Shown here in pieces: positions 34,788 through 38,325 of a stretch of 38,325 bases of DNA; within the stretch, counting starts at the first letter, position 1; every line of letters starts with the position of its first letter. The position numbers were made by a program, and so were the translations under genes. This stretch comes from Seison nebaliae (Eukaryota), in NCBI GenBank assembly GCA_023231475.1, contig JALJEE010002845.1, forward strand, positions 1-38,325, written 5' to 3'. The notes under the pieces are model-generated. The model saw nothing but the letters and a program-made list of their open reading frames with translations. It did not search any database and was not told the DNA's origin.

Positions 34788-35851
34788 ATGGAAACTTTAA
34801 TTAACGATACCAATCATGATTCACACGATCATATTCCAACGACATATATTAATCATCAATCTAACATCTTGACGGATATTATTGTCAAATCGCCCTCAAA
34901 TATTCTCACAAAAATTGAAAAGAAGAATTCAAATAATACGAATAATAAACAAATCTTCGAAAATGTCTGTTGTTCATGTAATCAAATAATAGAAAGTAAA
35001 GATATTCTCATTCTCAGTAACAAGACACGATGGCATCAAAATTGTTTGAAATGTTCAGTTTGTAATCAGATAATTGTTGAAGATTCGGATCAATCAACTA
35101 ATTCCTCATCGAAAAAATCGAAAACTTTCAATTTCTCACAAAAATGTTTTCTTGATAAGAATAATGAAATTCTTTGCAAAACTGATTATTATAAGTTGGA
35201 ATCTTTAAATAAAATCTCATTTTGAATAATTTCAATATTTTCTCTTCATAACAGATTATACGGTGTCCAATGTGCGAAATGTAATCGCGGTATCAGCTCC
35301 AGTGATTGGGTGCGAAAAGCAGAGAATCAAATTTTCCACTTAGCTTGTTTCTCTTGTCACATTTGTAAGAGACAATTATCTTCCGGTGAAGAATTTGCCA
35401 TCAGTCGAACGAAGAAAGGAGATCTCCTATGTAAATCTCATTATAATATACTCATTTATGGTGAAGATAAATCTGGTTAATTTAATTAATTTATTTTTCT
35501 CTAAAATTATTCTAATTCTTCTTTTCTAAATTTCTAGCGAAAGAATCTCGAAATTGTAAATCGAAACGAGTTCGTACAACTTTCACTGATGAACAGTTGC
35601 AGATTTTACAAGCCAATTTCGATTTGGATTCAAATCCAGATGGTCAAGATCTCGAACGAATTGCTCAACTCACTGGACTTTCCAAACGAGTCACTCAAGT
35701 TTGGTTCCAAAACTCGCGAGCTAGACAAAAGAAACATAAAGAAAAGTTTCAATATCATCTAGAAACATCACCTAATTCTTCAGGTCACACCAATAATAAC
35801 AACAACACTAATTGTATATTTTCTTCTTATTCTTCGAATGAATTTGGATAA
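34788..35851 (+). CDS. Awh: LIM-homeobox protein of the Arrowhead/Lhx6-8 class, 313 aa; exons 34788-35194, 35255-35475, 35538-35851
   Basis: Two LIM domains (CCSC...[11 protein letters not shown]...CKTDY and [14 protein letters not shown]...[21 protein letters not shown]) plus homeodomain [58 protein letters not shown]. Confidence 0.95.
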
Positions 35852-35990
35852 ATTTCTATTATTTTATTTTACACATCTAAAAAATTTCATATTTTTCTTA
35901 TTTAAATTTATAATTGAAACATTGGAAATATATGGAAAGAATTTATTTAAAAAATAAAATTATCATAAAATGGTTTTCAGAAATTTAAAA

Positions 35991-36807
35991 TTAATAATGT
36001 TCATTGAAACTATCTAGAGGAATGGAAACATTTGGAGTACTATCCATATTCACTTGTTCCACCGTATTTAAACAGAGACCGGTATTACCACAAACATTAC
36101 CGTCCTCAAATGTACTGTTCGATTCGAGAATAGTCAATAATTCCCCACAATCTTTCCGTACCAAAAAAGAACTATTATCACTTCGAGGTAATATGCCACA
36201 ATTTTCCAAAAAACCTTCATTTTTCTCTCGATATTTGGCAATACTAGATGTCATTTGTTTATCTTCTAAATTCATAGTCAAATCATAAATTGTTCCTTGG
36301 ATGATTTGAAGGAGAAGATTAAATTCTTTTGGTTTAATTTCTACATCATCTTTATATTGTATGTCTAATGCTCTCACCGGCGATCTTCTCACATTTATGT
36401 CAATATTGGGGAATTTCTCTTCAAGTTTAGGCAGTCTGAATTGTTTGAAATATAAAAAAATTTTCTCATCTGGAAATTCGATTGTTTCCTTCTTAATTGC
36501 TTCATATTCCTCTTCAAACAATCCAATCAATTCCTCGAGTGATTGAAACGTTATTTTTTGTTTCTTGTTAAAAAGTCCTCGAATAAATTTCGCTTTAATT
36601 AAAATATAATAATTTTGGAGAGAATAAATATGAGAACTTGGATGTTTCAATCTTGATTCCGTTTTATCTGATTCATTCTTACGATGAGCTATTATTTTTA
36701 TCTTATCAAAGGTCTCCTGATTAATGGAAGTGAATGAAAATAAAATGAAAGATGAAAACATCGATTAATTGATAGATTTGATGTATATCTATTCCATGGC
36801 TGACCAT
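35991..36807 (-). CDS. Hypothetical protein; probable exons 36807-36760 and 36716-35991
   Basis: Long ORF. Its track N-terminus (MFSSFILFSF...) looks like a 43-nt GTTTTC..CAG intron (36717-36759) that joins an upstream MVSHGIDIHQIYQLID exon in phase 0. No family recognised. Confidence 0.55.
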
Positions 36808-37455
36808 AATTAGTAAATTAACAATTAACCAATTCAAGAAGTTTTATGATATTATTGAGATCTTAATAGTTTCATAATCACATTCTAATTTCATATTTTT
36901 TTATTGACGTCACATTTAGAATCTGTTTCAAGGATTCAAATTTATTGAGTTTATAGACAAATTTATTTCAATACATAAATCGGAGAATAACGTTCGAATA
37001 AGAAGAATGTTTCGAAATGTTTAGTGAGTGGGAACATGTCAAAACTTTGAATATTCTTTATGAAGAATGGATCTCCGAAACATCTTTTCGATCTCTCTTG
37101 TAACAAGCTCTTAAAATTATGTTTCATTTGTTTAATATCACAAGAACATAATTTAATTAAAGAAACGTCAAGTGATATTGAATGAAAAGTGGAAAAGATT
37201 TTGACATTTCTCCTCTCCACCAAAACACAATATGAATTAGAGAATAAAAAATTAAAAGAGGAATCATCAGAAATGAAGAAGAAAATGGAAGAAACAAAGG
37301 AGGAGTATGGGAAAAGAAGGAAAGAGAAATTTCTAATATGAGAAGTAAATGGGAATTTGAATATAATCGATTGACGAATAACAATAAATAATTGTTATAT
37401 TGTTTTAACTGGTAATCTCGACTACAGTGACATAAGAGTATTCTCGATGGTAACC

Positions 37456-37717
37456 GGACAGATGGTAACCCTATATAAAAATTTTATAGAGGACAGTTCT
37501 CAACCCAAAAATAGGACAGTTCTCAACCCTTCGTTCGTTCTTTCCGGACAGTTCTCAACTTTTTTTTTATTTTTCGGACATTTTTCAACCTTTTGAGAAA
37601 AAAAGGACAGTTCTCAACCTCAAAACATAATAGAAATTGAACTGGAAAAATAATAAGCATACATAAAAATCCTCAAGGGGACAGTTATTAACTCATGATT
37701 CAAATGACAGTTCTTGA
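37456..37717 (+). repeat. Array of GGACAGTTCTCAACC motifs with variable spacers
   Basis: Copies at 37491, 37514, 37546, 37576 and 37605; degenerate copies at 37456, 37679 and ~37705. Confidence 0.85.
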
Positions 37718-37782
37718 TTTAGTTTTTCAATGGTTTTTAAATAATAGAAATGAACATGTCAGGCACTCATTATTTTGGTACG

Positions 37783-38030
37783 CGGTGATTTCGTCACCCT
37801 TAAATTTCGTCACCTTTTTTTTTCTTATTCGGACAATTCGTCGACTTTAAAACGGACAATTCGTCTCCTTGTTTTAATAAATTCGGTGATTTCGTCACCC
37901 TTTTTCTTCAAAATTAATCATTTCATTCCGTTTTTTTGGTCAATTCGGTGATTTCGTCACCTTTTTTCCTTAAAATTAATCATTTCATCTCGTTTTTTGT
38001 TGAATTCGGTGATTTCGTCACCTTTTTTAA
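37783..38030 (+). repeat. Array of CGGTGATTTCGTCACC / CGGACAATTCGTC motifs, including a 61-62 bp tandem repeat
   Basis: CGGTGATTTCGTCACC at 37783, 37884, 37946 and 38007; partial copy at 37804; CGGACAATTCGTC at 37830 and 37853. The motif is itself a small hairpin (GGTGA...TCACC). Confidence 0.85.
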
Positions 38031-38098
38031 AAAATAAAGTTAATACTTTATCCAAAACCATTGAAAGCAAGAAACAAGTGACCGTTGATTTCTTCGGT

Positions 38099-38305
38099 CT
38101 GTCCATTAGTTTTTCAATTTCTTCGGACTATTTTTTATTAAGGAATAGACCGAATGAAAAATTTTTTTGTTATGGACTGTCCATTAGAACTATTTCTCGT
38201 ACAAAAATTTTTTGGTTTAAAGGACAGTCCATAAGAAAAAAATTTTCCATTCGGGCTATTCCTTAATAAAAAATAGTCCGAAGAAATTGAAAAACTAATG
38301 GACAG
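38099..38305. repeat. Foldback/MITE-like inverted repeat: 84-bp arms (38099-38182, 38222-38305) and a 39-bp spacer
   Basis: CTGTCCATTAGTTTTTCAATTTCTTCGGACTA...GGACTGTCC is mirrored by GGACAGTCC...TAGTCCGAAGAAATTGAAAAACTAATGGACAG, with 3 mismatches. Confidence 0.9.
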
Positions 38306-38325
38306 CCCATTATACAATCGTTGAG

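Noticed and set aside
37491..38030. CRISPR-like appearance of repeat-spacer arrays (also 17987-18124)
   Set aside because: The repeats are only 13-16 bp, spacers are short, low-complexity or near-identical, there are no cas genes, and the context is eukaryotic.

Overview
Very AT-rich, gene-dense animal (metazoan) nuclear DNA with tiny introns. The LIM-homeobox, GPCR, Ig-domain and SLC6 genes support an animal; the lineage cannot be fixed from sequence alone. Seven conserved spliced genes could be rebuilt by hand with exact frame closure: UBL5, an SLC6 transporter, an FBP17/CIP4-type F-BAR-HR1-SH3 protein, eIF3e, ENGase (GH85), cyclin L and Arrowhead/Lhx6-8. Also present are a DUF229 protein, a two-Ig membrane protein, two GPCR-like genes, a VEFS-only SUZ12-like protein and orphan ORFs. 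The main result is that all 31 introns in the seven conserved genes start with GTT and none with GTA/GTG. The usual -1G and +5G donor positions are largely lost, which suggests a rewired 5' splice-site code. Cyclin L, a splicing-kinase partner, also lacks its RS domain. The first ~4 kb holds two divergent intronless paralogues that look like a chromodomain fused to an adenain/Ulp1-type cysteine protease, probably mobile-element derived. Two ~210-220 bp foldback elements and three arrays of GGACA-type spaced motifs complete the window.
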